From positions 224,001-288,000 of the forward strand of contig CAVZRV010000027.1 of the NCBI GenBank assembly GCA_963777605.1: a DNA stretch of 64,000 bases. The letters run 5' to 3'. This document shows, piece by piece, positions 54,536 to 64,000 of the stretch (positions are counted from its first letter, which is position 1; every line of letters begins with the position of its first letter). Made by a program: the position numbers and the translations under genes. The notes below the pieces were generated by a model, which made no database searches, was not told the origin of the DNA, and worked only from the letters and a program-made list of their open reading frames with translations. Origin of the DNA: an uncultured Acidobacteriota bacterium (GTDB lineage: Bacteria > Acidobacteriota > UBA6911 > RPQK01 > JAPXNP01).

Positions 54536-56343
54536 GGGAGACCCTGATCATCGAACAGCTCGAGGCGGCCCGACACGCTCTCGATCCAGGAGGGATTCGA
54601 CAGAACGAAATCGGAGCTGAGACCGCCCCCGTTGCCGAAATGGGGGATCTGGATCTGCCGGTCACCCTCCTCCAGGACAGCCACTCCCTCGAGAGTTGCA
54701 GCCAAGAGCGTTCCGGATAGTTGAGGATCCTCCAAAACGCCGGGCACCTCGATGCCATCGAGTCCGATCGGCTCCCACAGGGACCCGCCGTTGACGGTCT
54801 TGAACACCCCATCACCGGTTCCAACATACAGCGTCTGGGAATCGTCGGAGGCAATTGCGAGTGAGCGGTAGGTCGTGCTGGTCAGCCCGGCCACGATCTT
54901 TTCAAACGTCGCGCCTCCGTCCGTACTCTTGAAGACCCATCCACTGCCCGCATAGACGATGGAGGAATCGTACGGATCAACCGCGATGCAGGAAATCGAC
55001 CCCTCGAGCCCATTTCCGGTTACCGTCCAGGTGGTTCCGCCGTCCACGCTCTTGTAGAAATAGGGAGGACTCCCGACCCCGGCGTAGAGCGTCGTCGGGA
55101 CCTGGGGGTCCGCCTCAATCGCCCGAACGTCACGAATCGAATCCCCGGAACTGACCTTCGCCCAGGTGGTTCCGCCGTTGAGACTTCGATAGATCCCGTT
55201 GTCGAGGGTCCCCCCGACCAGGATCGTGCTCGGGGTGCCCGGGTCGATCAGTACAGACTGAACGCCGTCCTTGTCAAAGACGCGAGTCCAACTGGCGCCC
55301 CCATTCGGACTCTTGAACAGCCCGACCAACGTTCCCGCATAGATTGTCTCAGGGCTCTGCGGATCGGCCGCCAATGCAAAGACCTTTTGACTGAAGAGTC
55401 CAGGATATTACCTGCTGCCAAGATTCCCCCCTGTCAGTCGATTTCAGAACGCCGAAACCCCAGGTGCCCGCATAGTAAACGGGTGGCTCGGTTGAAGTGG
55501 CAACAATACAGATAACGATGTATTCCGGCAGATTCGAGAATTTCCAGCCTCGGTCCCGTCTCGCGACGACCGGCAATGCCGTGAACTGGCCCGCCACCGG
55601 CCCCAGTTCGAGGGCTGTCGCGGCAACTTCTCTCGAGTATCGCACCTCTACCGCGGCGGTTCCCTCAAACACTTGGGCGGTTACGGTGGGAAAGAGTTCA
55701 TTGAAGAAGCGGGCAAGGTGTCCTCCAGCGGGAAGTTCGATTGAGTCGCCCGTGGCGACCTTCCGGCCCTCGCTGTCGGACAGGATCAGATTGAAATATA
55801 CCGGCCACTCGAAAGGATTGGAAAACGCGATTCCGGAGTTAAGACCGTCGCTTCGCTTCCGGACGGGGACGACCAATGCCTGGGCGGGCACACTCGTCCC
55901 GACTCCCGCGATCCCGATTTCCGGGATCCCAAAGCGGACGACCGCTCCCGGCAGAAGGCTGGCGTGGATCACTGCTGACCCAGTCGCAAGCTCCCCGCTG
56001 CTGTCGGTCTGAATCGTCACCGCACCCAGGGGTTGGATTGTGAAATCGACCGAGCTTCGAGGGCCCAGGCCAACGATTTCGAGCTCTTGCTCCAAGCCGT
56101 CGTCATCCCGAAACTCGACGAAACCCGTCAATAATTCAGAGGTCGAAGGATTGGTGAGAACGATGTCCGAGCTCAAGCCCTGGCCGGATCCCAGGTGGGG
56201 AAGGTAGGAAACCGGATCAGCGACGACTCGGTCTCCCCGACCGCGGCCGTCTCAGGGCGCCGTTCGATTCCAGGTTCGGACAAGACGCTCACCGCCAAAA
56301 CCAGAACCGACATGGTGAGCACGCCCAAGACCAGCTTCTTCAT
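54505..56343 (-). CDS. Exported protein: unnamed module, BNR/Asp-box beta-propeller, truncated second module (frameshifts near 56205 and 55380; 3'-truncated)
   Basis: MKKLVLGVL signal at 56343 with GGAGG SD. YLPHLGSGQGLSSDIVLTNP module, repeated KS.DGG.TW Asp boxes. Ends IPHFGNGGGLSSDFVLSNP...DDQGLPLV, then stops abruptly. Confidence 0.75.
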
Positions 56344-56570
56344 GGCCCCCTCCGTTCCCGCCTGGAATCGTTTCCCAGAACAGCAACCAAAATACCCCTA
56401 AACGGGAAGTGACATGTCAGGTGAACGGTTCCAGTCGAACCGCTGCTCCTCGTTGGACTTCGAGGCAACCCCCTGCTTACAATCAAGTCACCCTATAACG
56501 GTGAGATGGAATTGACCACCGAAGCGTTCAATCGTCGAGGTGATGCACGATTTCAGGCCGCTTCCAGACG

Positions 56571-57233
56571 TCACTGCTCCAGATCGACGTTCTGGATAGT
56601 GCAAACGACGTCCTGGAAATCATCGTTGGTCGAGTATTCCCATCCGATGAGGTAGGTCGAGTTCCGATTCGGTAGCGCGTAGATCATCGCTTTGTAAGGC
56701 TGCGGAGCCAGCCTGGTGTTGAATCGCGCAACCAGTGCGGGTTCCGAGAATACCCCGAAATCCGAACTGAAACTGTCGTTCAACACCCAGACACCGAAGG
56801 CCTGATCACCCGGATCGAATTCGACTCGGGACCCCGTTTTCAGCACGGGTTTCCGGACTGGGCGAGATCTGATTTCTTCAGGCGTGTTCCTGTCGGTGTA
56901 GACCCAGAGTTCTTCCTTCACCGGGGGGCTTGATTCTTCTGTTTTGAGGTACCAGCCGCCATGGGTGGGATTCTCGGTGCCAAGCGCGATAACGGGCTCA
57001 AAAACAACCATGCCGGGGCCGGCTTTCTTGAACAGGCCCGGTGTCGCAACCTCCGGTGACTTGACCGGGTTGGCCAGGTCTTCATACATACCCAGGCCAT
57101 AGACATCGCGCAGGACATCCCACCAGTTCGGCTCATCGGGACCCGGAGCAACCTTGGGCTGATGGGGAGTTTGAAGCATCGCAAGCGAGGACACTGCCAA
57201 AACGGCACAGAAGAGAAAACGGCCGATTCCCAT
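56571..57233 (-). CDS. Exported protein with DUF4114-like C-terminal motif
   Basis: Signal-like MGIGRFLFCAVLAVSSLA and C-terminal YLIGWEYSTNDDFQDVV. Confidence 0.65.
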   Translation of the reverse strand: MGIGRFLFCAVLAVSSLAMLQTPHQPKVAPGPDEPNWWDVLRDVYGLGMYEDLANPVKSPEVATPGLFKKAGPGMVVFEPVIALGTENPTHGGWYLKTEESSPPVKEELWVYTDRNTPEEIRSRPVRKPVLKTGSRVEFDPGDQAFGVWVLNDSFSSDFGVFSEPALVARFNTRLAPQPYKAMIYALPNRNSTYLIGWEYSTNDDFQDVVCTIQNVDLEQ

Positions 57234-57360
57234 GATCGCGAGTGTAGAGAAAGCTTCGATACAACGCAATCCCTCCAGCCCCTTCAACCGCGTCTGTCCC
57301 TTTCTTGTTCCAGGATGGAACCTTGTCATTCCACCAGATTTCGGAGATGATCCATTTGAT

Positions 57361-58632
57361 ATGGACAAGCTCGCGATAATTGGTGGACCGAAAAGTGTGG
57401 TCAACGAACTGGTAGGCTGGCCCCAATTCAGCGAGGAGGCCATTAAGAGCGTCACCGAGGTGCTGCGTTCCGGGAAGGTCAATTACTGGACCGGGCCAAG
57501 GGGAATGGAGTTTGAAAGGAAGTTTGCGGACTGGCAGGGCAGCAAATATGCCGTTAGCGTGAATAGCGGCACCTCGGCGCTTCACGTTGCGCTGACGGCT
57601 CTCGGTATTGGCCCCGGAGACGAGGTCATTGTCCCCAGTTACACCTTCATCGCCAGTAGTTTCTCAATTCTTCAGGCCGGGGCAATCCCCCGTTTCGCCG
57701 ACGTGAACCTCGAAGATCACTGCCTCAGCGTCGCTTCCGCCGAGCAACTCATCAACGAGCGCACCAAGGCAATCATGTGCGTGCATCTATACGGCAATGT
57801 TTGCGACATGAATCCCCTCATGGGGCTGGCGGCGAAACATGACCTGTTCGTGATCGAAGACAATGCTGAAGCACTCGGAGGGGTCTACAAGGGTCGAAAG
57901 ACAGGAACCATCGGGCACATGGCGGCCTGCAGCTTCTGTCAGAACAAGACGTTCACGACCGGCGGCGAAGGCGGCATGGTCACCACCGACAGCGAGGAAC
58001 TGGCCTGGCTGGCCCGCAGTCTCAGAGACCATGGTTACGATGTCGCCCAGCGGTTGAACTTGCTGGAACTGGAACAAAAGTTGCCCTATATCCATAACAT
58101 GCTCGGCTGGAATTACCGGATGACTGAGATGCAGTCTGCCATTGGACTGGCCGAACTGAAGCGGATGGACAGCTGGAACCTTCCGAGTCGAAAACGCAAT
58201 GCTCGTATCATCATCGATGCCGTCAAGGACCTGCCGCAGGTCAGATTTGTCCCTGTCGACACCCCGGAGCGTCAAAACGGCTGGTACGTGTGTGCCTTTT
58301 CGCTCGATATCGAGAACATGAATTGCGACATCGACGAATTCGTCAAGACGGCTGCGGCTGAAGGTGTCCCCTGCTGGAGGGTCTTCTGGCCTCAGTGCCA
58401 CACAGAGGCAGCATATCGAAAACACAACGCATTCGGCCGGAGCGGCTTTCCCTTCAAGTCGGCCGAATACACCGCCCCTTCCAGCGTCGACTATAGCCTG
58501 GTCCAGGTGCCCCATGCCGAATGGCACCAGAGCCATACCTTTACGTGCTTTGCCTTTCCGACATTTACCGGGGAAGACTGTCACCAGATCGGCAGTGGGC
58601 TGGTCAAGGTCATCAAGGCGTTTGCGAAGTGA
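57361..58632 (+). CDS. DegT/DnrJ/EryC1/StrS PLP-dependent sugar aminotransferase
   Basis: NSGTSALHVAL, GPGDEVIVP..TF.AS, VHLYG, IEDNAEA, SFCQNKTFTTGGEGG, G.NYRMTEMQ. Confidence 0.93.
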   Translation: MDKLAIIGGPKSVVNELVGWPQFSEEAIKSVTEVLRSGKVNYWTGPRGMEFERKFADWQGSKYAVSVNSGTSALHVALTALGIGPGDEVIVPSYTFIASSFSILQAGAIPRFADVNLEDHCLSVASAEQLINERTKAIMCVHLYGNVCDMNPLMGLAAKHDLFVIEDNAEALGGVYKGRKTGTIGHMAACSFCQNKTFTTGGEGGMVTTDSEELAWLARSLRDHGYDVAQRLNLLELEQKLPYIHNMLGWNYRMTEMQSAIGLAELKRMDSWNLPSRKRNARIIIDAVKDLPQVRFVPVDTPERQNGWYVCAFSLDIENMNCDIDEFVKTAAAEGVPCWRVFWPQCHTEAAYRKHNAFGRSGFPFKSAEYTAPSSVDYSLVQVPHAEWHQSHTFTCFAFPTFTGEDCHQIGSGLVKVIKAFAK

Positions 58633-58684
58633 TCGGAACGGTGAAGAGTGGGCAGAAGCTGTTCCCAAATTTGGAGTTAGTCAC

Positions 58685-59731
58685 ATGTCAGAAGCCGTCA
58701 AATGGGGGGTGATCGGTTCCGGTGGAATTGCCCGGCGCCGAACCATCCCAGAAGGAATTCTGCCAGCCGGTAACGCGGTCCTGGCCGCCGTATTCGGCAC
58801 GAACTCGGCATCAAATCTCGAGGTCGCACGGCAATTCAGAGTTCGAGCGTGCGGGAGCCTCGAAGAGTTGCTCCTGTCGGACATCGATGCCGTCTACGTA
58901 GCGTCACCTGCGGGATGTCATTACGACCACGTATTGGCAGCGGCGAGAGCCAGGAAGCATGTCCTCTGTGAAAAGCCGCTTACTCTCGACCTGGAACAGT
59001 CCCGTCAAATGGTCGAGCTTTGTGAGCAGGACGGAATCACCCTCGGAACCGCCTTCATGATGAGGTTTCACGCCCAGCATCTGGCCGCGCTCGAAATGAT
59101 TCGAGAGGGCCGGCTCGGCAGCCCGGTCTTCGCCCGCGCGCAACTGTCTTGTTGGTACCCTCCGATCGAAGGAGCTTGGAGACAGACGCCCGAGACCGGC
59201 GGAGGAGGTTCGCTCATGGACATGGGCGGACACTGCATCGACCTCCTCGAGATGTTCTTCGGCCCTGTGAAAAGAGTTCACTGCGCGATCAATAGCACCG
59301 TTCAAGACTACCCCTCCGAAGACTCCGCAGTTGCGACTCTGACGTTCGAGAATGGGGCACTGGGCTCCGTCGATACGTTCTTCTGCATCCCCGACGCCGG
59401 GAGCAAGAATGCGCTCGAACTTTACGGGTCCTTCGGTTCGATTTTGGCCAGAGGAACGATCGGTCAAGGCGAAGCCGGTGAGATGACTGCCTATCTCGAA
59501 TCGGGCGAAGGAGGATACGATGCCGAACAGGGACGACAGAGCTGTGTCGGACTCGAAGTCGCCCCTTCTCCGGTCAACACTTACCGGGCGGAAATCGAAG
59601 AGTTCAGCCAGGCAGTGATCGAAGGTCGCCAACCGTCGATCAACGCCCAACTCGGAGTCAGGAGCCAGCAAGTCCTGGCAGCCTGCTACGAGTCAGCCCG
59701 GAGAGGCGAGACCATCGACGTTACGGGTTAA
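58685..59731 (+). CDS. Cytoplasmic Gfo/Idh/MocA family oxidoreductase
   Basis: WGVIGSGGIA, HVLCEKP, GGGSLMDMGGHCID. GGAG SD. Confidence 0.92.
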   Translation: MSEAVKWGVIGSGGIARRRTIPEGILPAGNAVLAAVFGTNSASNLEVARQFRVRACGSLEELLLSDIDAVYVASPAGCHYDHVLAAARARKHVLCEKPLTLDLEQSRQMVELCEQDGITLGTAFMMRFHAQHLAALEMIREGRLGSPVFARAQLSCWYPPIEGAWRQTPETGGGGSLMDMGGHCIDLLEMFFGPVKRVHCAINSTVQDYPSEDSAVATLTFENGALGSVDTFFCIPDAGSKNALELYGSFGSILARGTIGQGEAGEMTAYLESGEGGYDAEQGRQSCVGLEVAPSPVNTYRAEIEEFSQAVIEGRQPSINAQLGVRSQQVLAACYESARRGETIDVTG

Positions 59732-60033
59732 TCCAATCGGCAGCGTCGGCTCGTTGAGATGGTCAACTTGAAACTCATTCCTGCCAAAGCCGGGAACTCT
59801 CGGACTATCCAGCGCATGATCTCGGAAAATCTGTTGCCGGCACTTTTGGGTACAGCTGAACTTCTGCCTGAGGCGGCCTGCCACGGACCACCAACTGCGA
59901 CCTGGCCCACACGTACCCCATAGCTTGAACTCTTGAACCTCCCAACTGTATCCGGGACACTGGAGCGCCCGATCACGATCGGACCCCGCGACAACGCCAG
60001 GTCCAGAGAAGAGCTCAACCCGGTCCAAGGCCT

Positions 60034-61621
60034 CTAAAGTTCATCCGAAGATCGCACGAGTTGTGCCGAGAGGTCCGGATCCTTCATAGCCCTGTCCAGC
60101 GGGAACATGGCCGGTGAATTCTCTTGTAGGGCAGTCTTTCCAGGTCCTGGTCCACGCCGCCGGGTGTCAATGCCATGATCCAGTCCGCCTGCATGTCGTA
60201 GAGTTCCGGCTGCAGGTAGCCGATCTTCACGACTACGATTCCGACTTGCGCGGATTCAGTCCCAGTTCGGTGAAGTCCTTCTCGTAGTGGTAGGGCTTCC
60301 GCTTCTTCGTGACGATGACATGGATGCTTCCGACCCGAACCGACGCTTCCACCTCCGCATCTTTGTCACCCTTCTGGATAGATTCCACGGTTCCCACAAT
60401 GTGCACCGGAGGCGCATACCGGGAATCCACTTCGGCACCGGCATAACCATCCACGTGCCCTCCGACTCCCGCCGCAAGCACCTTCTCGATGAGGTTCGGC
60501 CCGGGGATGGAAGCATATATCAGCGAAGGTCCGTCTGGGGACTTGAATTCGGGGCGTTTCAACAGTTCTGTCAGGGTCCAGGTAACATCGCCCGCCCCAC
60601 CTGCTGTAGGATTGTCCCCCATGTCACTGATGAAAAACGGGTGCTTGTCACTCGCGAGAGCTTTTGCCAAAGCCTGTGCAAAAGGCTCGGTTGGCGCCAC
60701 GAAATCAAACTTCTGCCGGGCGTCCCAGAGCCTGCGCGCCAACTGTTCAGCGGTCTGGACGACTTTCTCTTTGTCGTCACCGGTCACCATCACCGCGGCA
60801 TGATTACGGGGTTCATCAGCCCACGCATACCCTATCCAGATGGACGCATTCACGATCCCGTCCTGAGCCGCCGCCGGGGCTACCGCCGCATAAACGCTTT
60901 TCCCGGGTTCGATCCGGGTGCTGGTCTTCTCTCCCGGCAACAGAATGGGAACCGCTATCAGGGCCTTGTAGGCAGGCTTCCCTTTTCCACTCTCGAGCCG
61001 CTCCAACAGCTTCTCAACCCCTCGTTCCCGGGTCTCGATCGCATCCTCATGGGGCGCCATCCGGTAGCAGGTGATGAGATCGGTGTTCTCCGCCAGCCGA
61101 GGTGAAACATTCCCATGAAGGTCCATCGAAGTGGAAACCACAGGCTTCTTCCCGATGACCTGGCGGATTCGGACCAGGAAATCCCCTTCCGGGTCATCGA
61201 GTCCCACCACACTCATTGCACCGTGAATATCGTAGACCAGCCCGTCATACGGGCCATTTTGCTTGAGCCCATCGAGGGTCTGCTGAACCAGTGACTCGTA
61301 CGCCTCACGGGTCACTGCGCCCCCTGGAAGCGCCTTTCCAAGTAGAATCGGCACCCACTCAGCTCTCTGACGGATCGGCGACCCGTCGGCGAAAAATGGA
61401 TACCGGGTGAAAATGTCGGCTCCGTACTTGGCGTGAAACGCTGCCTCATCGGTCACAGCAGGAGAGAAGGTACTCGACTCAATACTGAGCCCGGCGTATG
61501 CGATCCGGGGAAGCGCTCTTGTCTTGGCGTTCGCCGAGCCTGCTTCAGCTTTAAGCGGGAGAATCATTCCACAGGAAAGGACCAGGGTGAACAGGACTGC
61601 TAGAACCGATTGATGTTTCAC
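60034..61621 (-). CDS. Exported M81 (MlrC-like) metallopeptidase (frameshifts near 60240 and 60110)
   Basis: IESSTFSP, DIHGAM, DLHGN, YR.APHED, SDMGDNPTAGGAGD. The C-terminus IVVVKIGYLQPEL...TPGGVDQDL...MFPLD ends at TAG 60034-60036. Confidence 0.85.
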
Positions 61622-61947
61622 GGGCGACACCTCAAGAGCCATTCGAATTTCCGTTCGTTCGGGGCAACCAGCCGCTCGCGCCCGGAAAAGCCCTCCATTC
61701 GAAATCCGGACAGCCGGGTTCCACGGACAGTCTTCCAGGACACGAAACAGACCATCTCAAATTATAGGCCAAAACCGTCCCCAACGGCCGACACCGGAAG
61801 ATCGCAGACGCGCTGCATTCCACTCGTTCCTTTCACTCAATCGTCGCTATTCACCATCGATGCCCCAAGCAATTTCGGACTCGAAGCGGGCTCTCTGACC
61901 AAGCCGGCGGGCGACTCCAGAAGGCCATCCGAGCGAAACTGACCGCG

Positions 61948-62610
61948 TCAGGACAACACCCTGATACCGATCCTCGTGTCAATTTTGGCGACCAGGCGAG
62001 TCCGCGCAGACAAAGTCACTTCGACGTCTCCTTTGAGTACCCGCAGCAACCGCCGCAAACGCTCGGGCTCACTCTGCTCGATCCGGAAGCTGACCAACCT
62101 GCCGGCGCGGGGCAAGGTCCTGGCCGGGTGGGCGGTTTCGCCCCAATCGATCAGGAACGGAACGGTACCATTCGAGGGCACGGAATAGGGGTCGGTCAAG
62201 CGCCACTTCAGGACCTCTCCATCCAGAGTCTCACGACTCCCGGGCTGTACCGCGCCAAGCACGAACCCGGCTGCTGCAGCCTCCGCAACGACGACATTGA
62301 TCCGGTTCGTTCTGAAAGCCCACGCGGACAGTCTCGGGCTCTCAAGGTAACACTTCTGGAAAAGTCTCCCGCAGGCGGGTTCGGAGGTCTCAGGGTCGGG
62401 CGCGATCACCTCCAGATAGGTCGACTCACCGAGCGAAAGAAGTGCATTGTGCGTTCCCCAACTGGGATGACGACCGCCCGGCATGGGACGCATGCCAAGG
62501 ATCGCCTCCACATGGTCCATTCCAGCTTCGAGACTTGCGGCCGTCACCACCAGATGATCGATTCCACTTCTGATCGGCAGCGGACCCTTTCCGGTCATTA
62601 ACTCCTGCAT
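61948..62610 (-). CDS. VOC/glyoxalase-like domain protein (start uncertain)
   Basis: IDHLVV, PGGRH..WGTHNALL.LG..TYLEVIA.DP, L.W, PFLIDWG..HP. Confidence 0.85.
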   Translation of the reverse strand: MQELMTGKGPLPIRSGIDHLVVTAASLEAGMDHVEAILGMRPMPGGRHPSWGTHNALLSLGESTYLEVIAPDPETSEPACGRLFQKCYLESPRLSAWAFRTNRINVVVAEAAAAGFVLGAVQPGSRETLDGEVLKWRLTDPYSVPSNGTVPFLIDWGETAHPARTLPRAGRLVSFRIEQSEPERLRRLLRVLKGDVEVTLSARTRLVAKIDTRIGIRVLS

Positions 62611-62992
62611 CCAATAGCGCCTCTTCCCGGATGAGATTAGCAGAATCCGAGAGCAATAAGAATCAAGGATTGGAACACGATCAAGGGGAAACCCGGGTTC
62701 TTTCGAAAATGGGGCCACTGACTGGACAGGACACGCGACATCCTGAAGCCAGATTGGATATTTGCATCTTCGGATGTAATAATTAAGTCAAATCAGTCCT
62801 CGAATGCTGGTGAGTTCAATCCTCTCTCATGCGATTGAACGGCCTGATCCAAGATTCGAAGGCAGGTCCAAAGTTGGGCTCAAATCGAACCCGGACTCCG
62901 TCTGCCACGGAGAGTATTCACGTCGGAAAATCTACCGCTCGGACCCCTCAGCGTCGAGGACTTCAAACACACAATAGAAAGGATTCGCAACC

Positions 62993-63142
62993 ATGCTTTG
63001 GACGATATTTCTTATTCTTTTGATTCTTTGGTTTCTGGGTTTTGTATCCGCCTATACCATGGGAGGGTTCATTCACCTACTCCTCGTGCTTGCGGTCGTC
63101 GTGCTGCTGATTCAATTGATCACTGGGCGACGCGTCGTCTAG
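62993..63142 (+). CDS. lmo0937-family small membrane protein (49 aa, below ORF-track cutoff)
   Basis: MLWTIFLILLILWFLGFVSAYTMGGFIHLLLVLAVVVLLIQLITGRRVV*. AAGGA SD. Confidence 0.9.
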   Translation: MLWTIFLILLILWFLGFVSAYTMGGFIHLLLVLAVVVLLIQLITGRRVV

Positions 63143-63144
63143 AT

Positions 63145-63665
63145 CCAATCTCAACTTCCTCTCCGTCCCAATCGGAGGAAGTGGAGCGGCAAATGCCGAT
63201 CCTGGACACCCCGAAGATTGAGGACTACGCCACCCGGGTCGGGAACCGGCTCATTCGGTCAACTCCGGGGCCGGACTTCCCCTATCAGTTCAAGATCATC
63301 GACACTGAGGAAGTCAATGCATTTGCACTCCCGGGCGGATTCATGGACCTCAATCGGGGTTTGATCGAAGCCGCGGACAGCAAAGCCGAACTGGCGGGAG
63401 TGATGGCCCACGAGCTTTCACATGTGGCCCTTCGCCACGGAACCAATCAGGCGTCAAAAGCCTACCTGGCCCAGGCGGGTTTCGGAATCCTGGGCGGCCT
63501 CCTCGGTTCCGGCGGTACCCGACAGATCATCGAGGCAATCGGCGGATTCGGCCTCAATGCCTTGTTCCTGGAGTTCAGCCGCTCGGCCGAGACCCAGGCC
63601 GATGTCCTCGGAACACAGATCCTTGCAGGCGCCGGCTATGACCCAATGGCCATGGTTTCCTTCAA
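63145..63665 (+). pseudogene. Internal fragment of an M48 metallopeptidase
   Basis: EEVERQMP...VNAFALPGG...ELAGVMAHELSHV...FSRSAETQAD..G......AGYDPMAMVSF. The signal peptide and the C-terminal HP-containing region are missing. Confidence 0.7.
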
Positions 63666-63756
63666 CAGGGGATTTCCGGCAAGCACCGGAGCATCAGAAG
63701 TGGTAGATTCCTTGTCCAGAGTTGTGGGAATTGCGCTTGTGAAAGTGGAGGTAATA

Positions 63757-64000
63757 ATGTCAAAGCACTCTTTCAGAAATGCGGTCTGGATTGCATGTCT
63801 CGTATTGGCAATTGGTGTGCCGGCCTTTGGCCAAACGCTGCCGATCAATTCGCACCCGGATACCACCGGCTGGCAGGATCTCTTTTCCAGCGATCTCTCG
63901 AATGCCATCCTTGAGCCCGGAAGTTGGGCCATGGAGAACGGTGTCCTTCACGCCATCGGTCACGGGACGATCTGGACGAAGGCCTCCTATGGTGACTTTG
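63757..64000 (+). CDS. Exported DUF1080 (3-keto-disaccharide hydrolase family) protein, runs off the window
   Basis: GGAGG SD, signal peptide MSKHSFRNAVWIACLVLAIGVPAFG, then GWQDLF..DLSN...W.MENGVL...G.GTIWTK.SYGDF. Confidence 0.75.
   Translation, partial: MSKHSFRNAVWIACLVLAIGVPAFGQTLPINSHPDTTGWQDLFSSDLSNAILEPGSWAMENGVLHAIGHGTIWTKASYGDF

Noticed and set aside
59728-60018. 96-aa minus-strand ORF between the dehydrogenase and the M81 gene
   Set aside because: TTG start, no SD, no recognisable motif.
60034-61621. Microcystin degradation pathway suggested by the MlrC-like gene
   Set aside because: No mlrA, mlrB or mlrD nearby. M81 family members are widespread with other substrates.

Overview
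This is a GC-rich bacterial chromosomal window of about 40 genes. By inference it is Acidobacteriota-like, based on the VWFA-related protein, the secreted-protein style and the many carbohydrate enzymes and sulfatases. I saw no rRNA, tRNA, CRISPR array, integrase or transposase. About 15 otherwise healthy genes are broken by 1-2 bp indels, most likely long-read consensus errors, so I re-joined many ORF-track entries by eye. Content: carbohydrate and sulfate catabolism (GH78, GH3, GH116, two sulfatases, esterases, Gfo/Idh/MocA, ThuA, DUF1080), monomeric icd, signalling genes (hybrid kinase, propeller-GGDEF cyclase), proteases and a probable nucleotidyltransferase TA pair. Best leads: (1) an orphan cytoplasmic fusion of CheY-like REC, NrtA/NasS-like anion-binding and CheW domains; (2) an unnamed module of about 220 aa present six times in four unrelated exported proteins, one of them in an operon divergent from an Lgt-family gene; (3) a tandem M14 pair whose first member has lost all Zn ligands and the catalytic Glu; (4) a divergent matB/madLM malonate module with no decarboxylase; (5) a dispersed GC-rich REP/BIME-like repeat family, two copies of which bracket a lipoprotein gene in inverted orientation; (6) gene remnants stitched together at microhomologies. 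All family calls come from motif recognition, not database searches.
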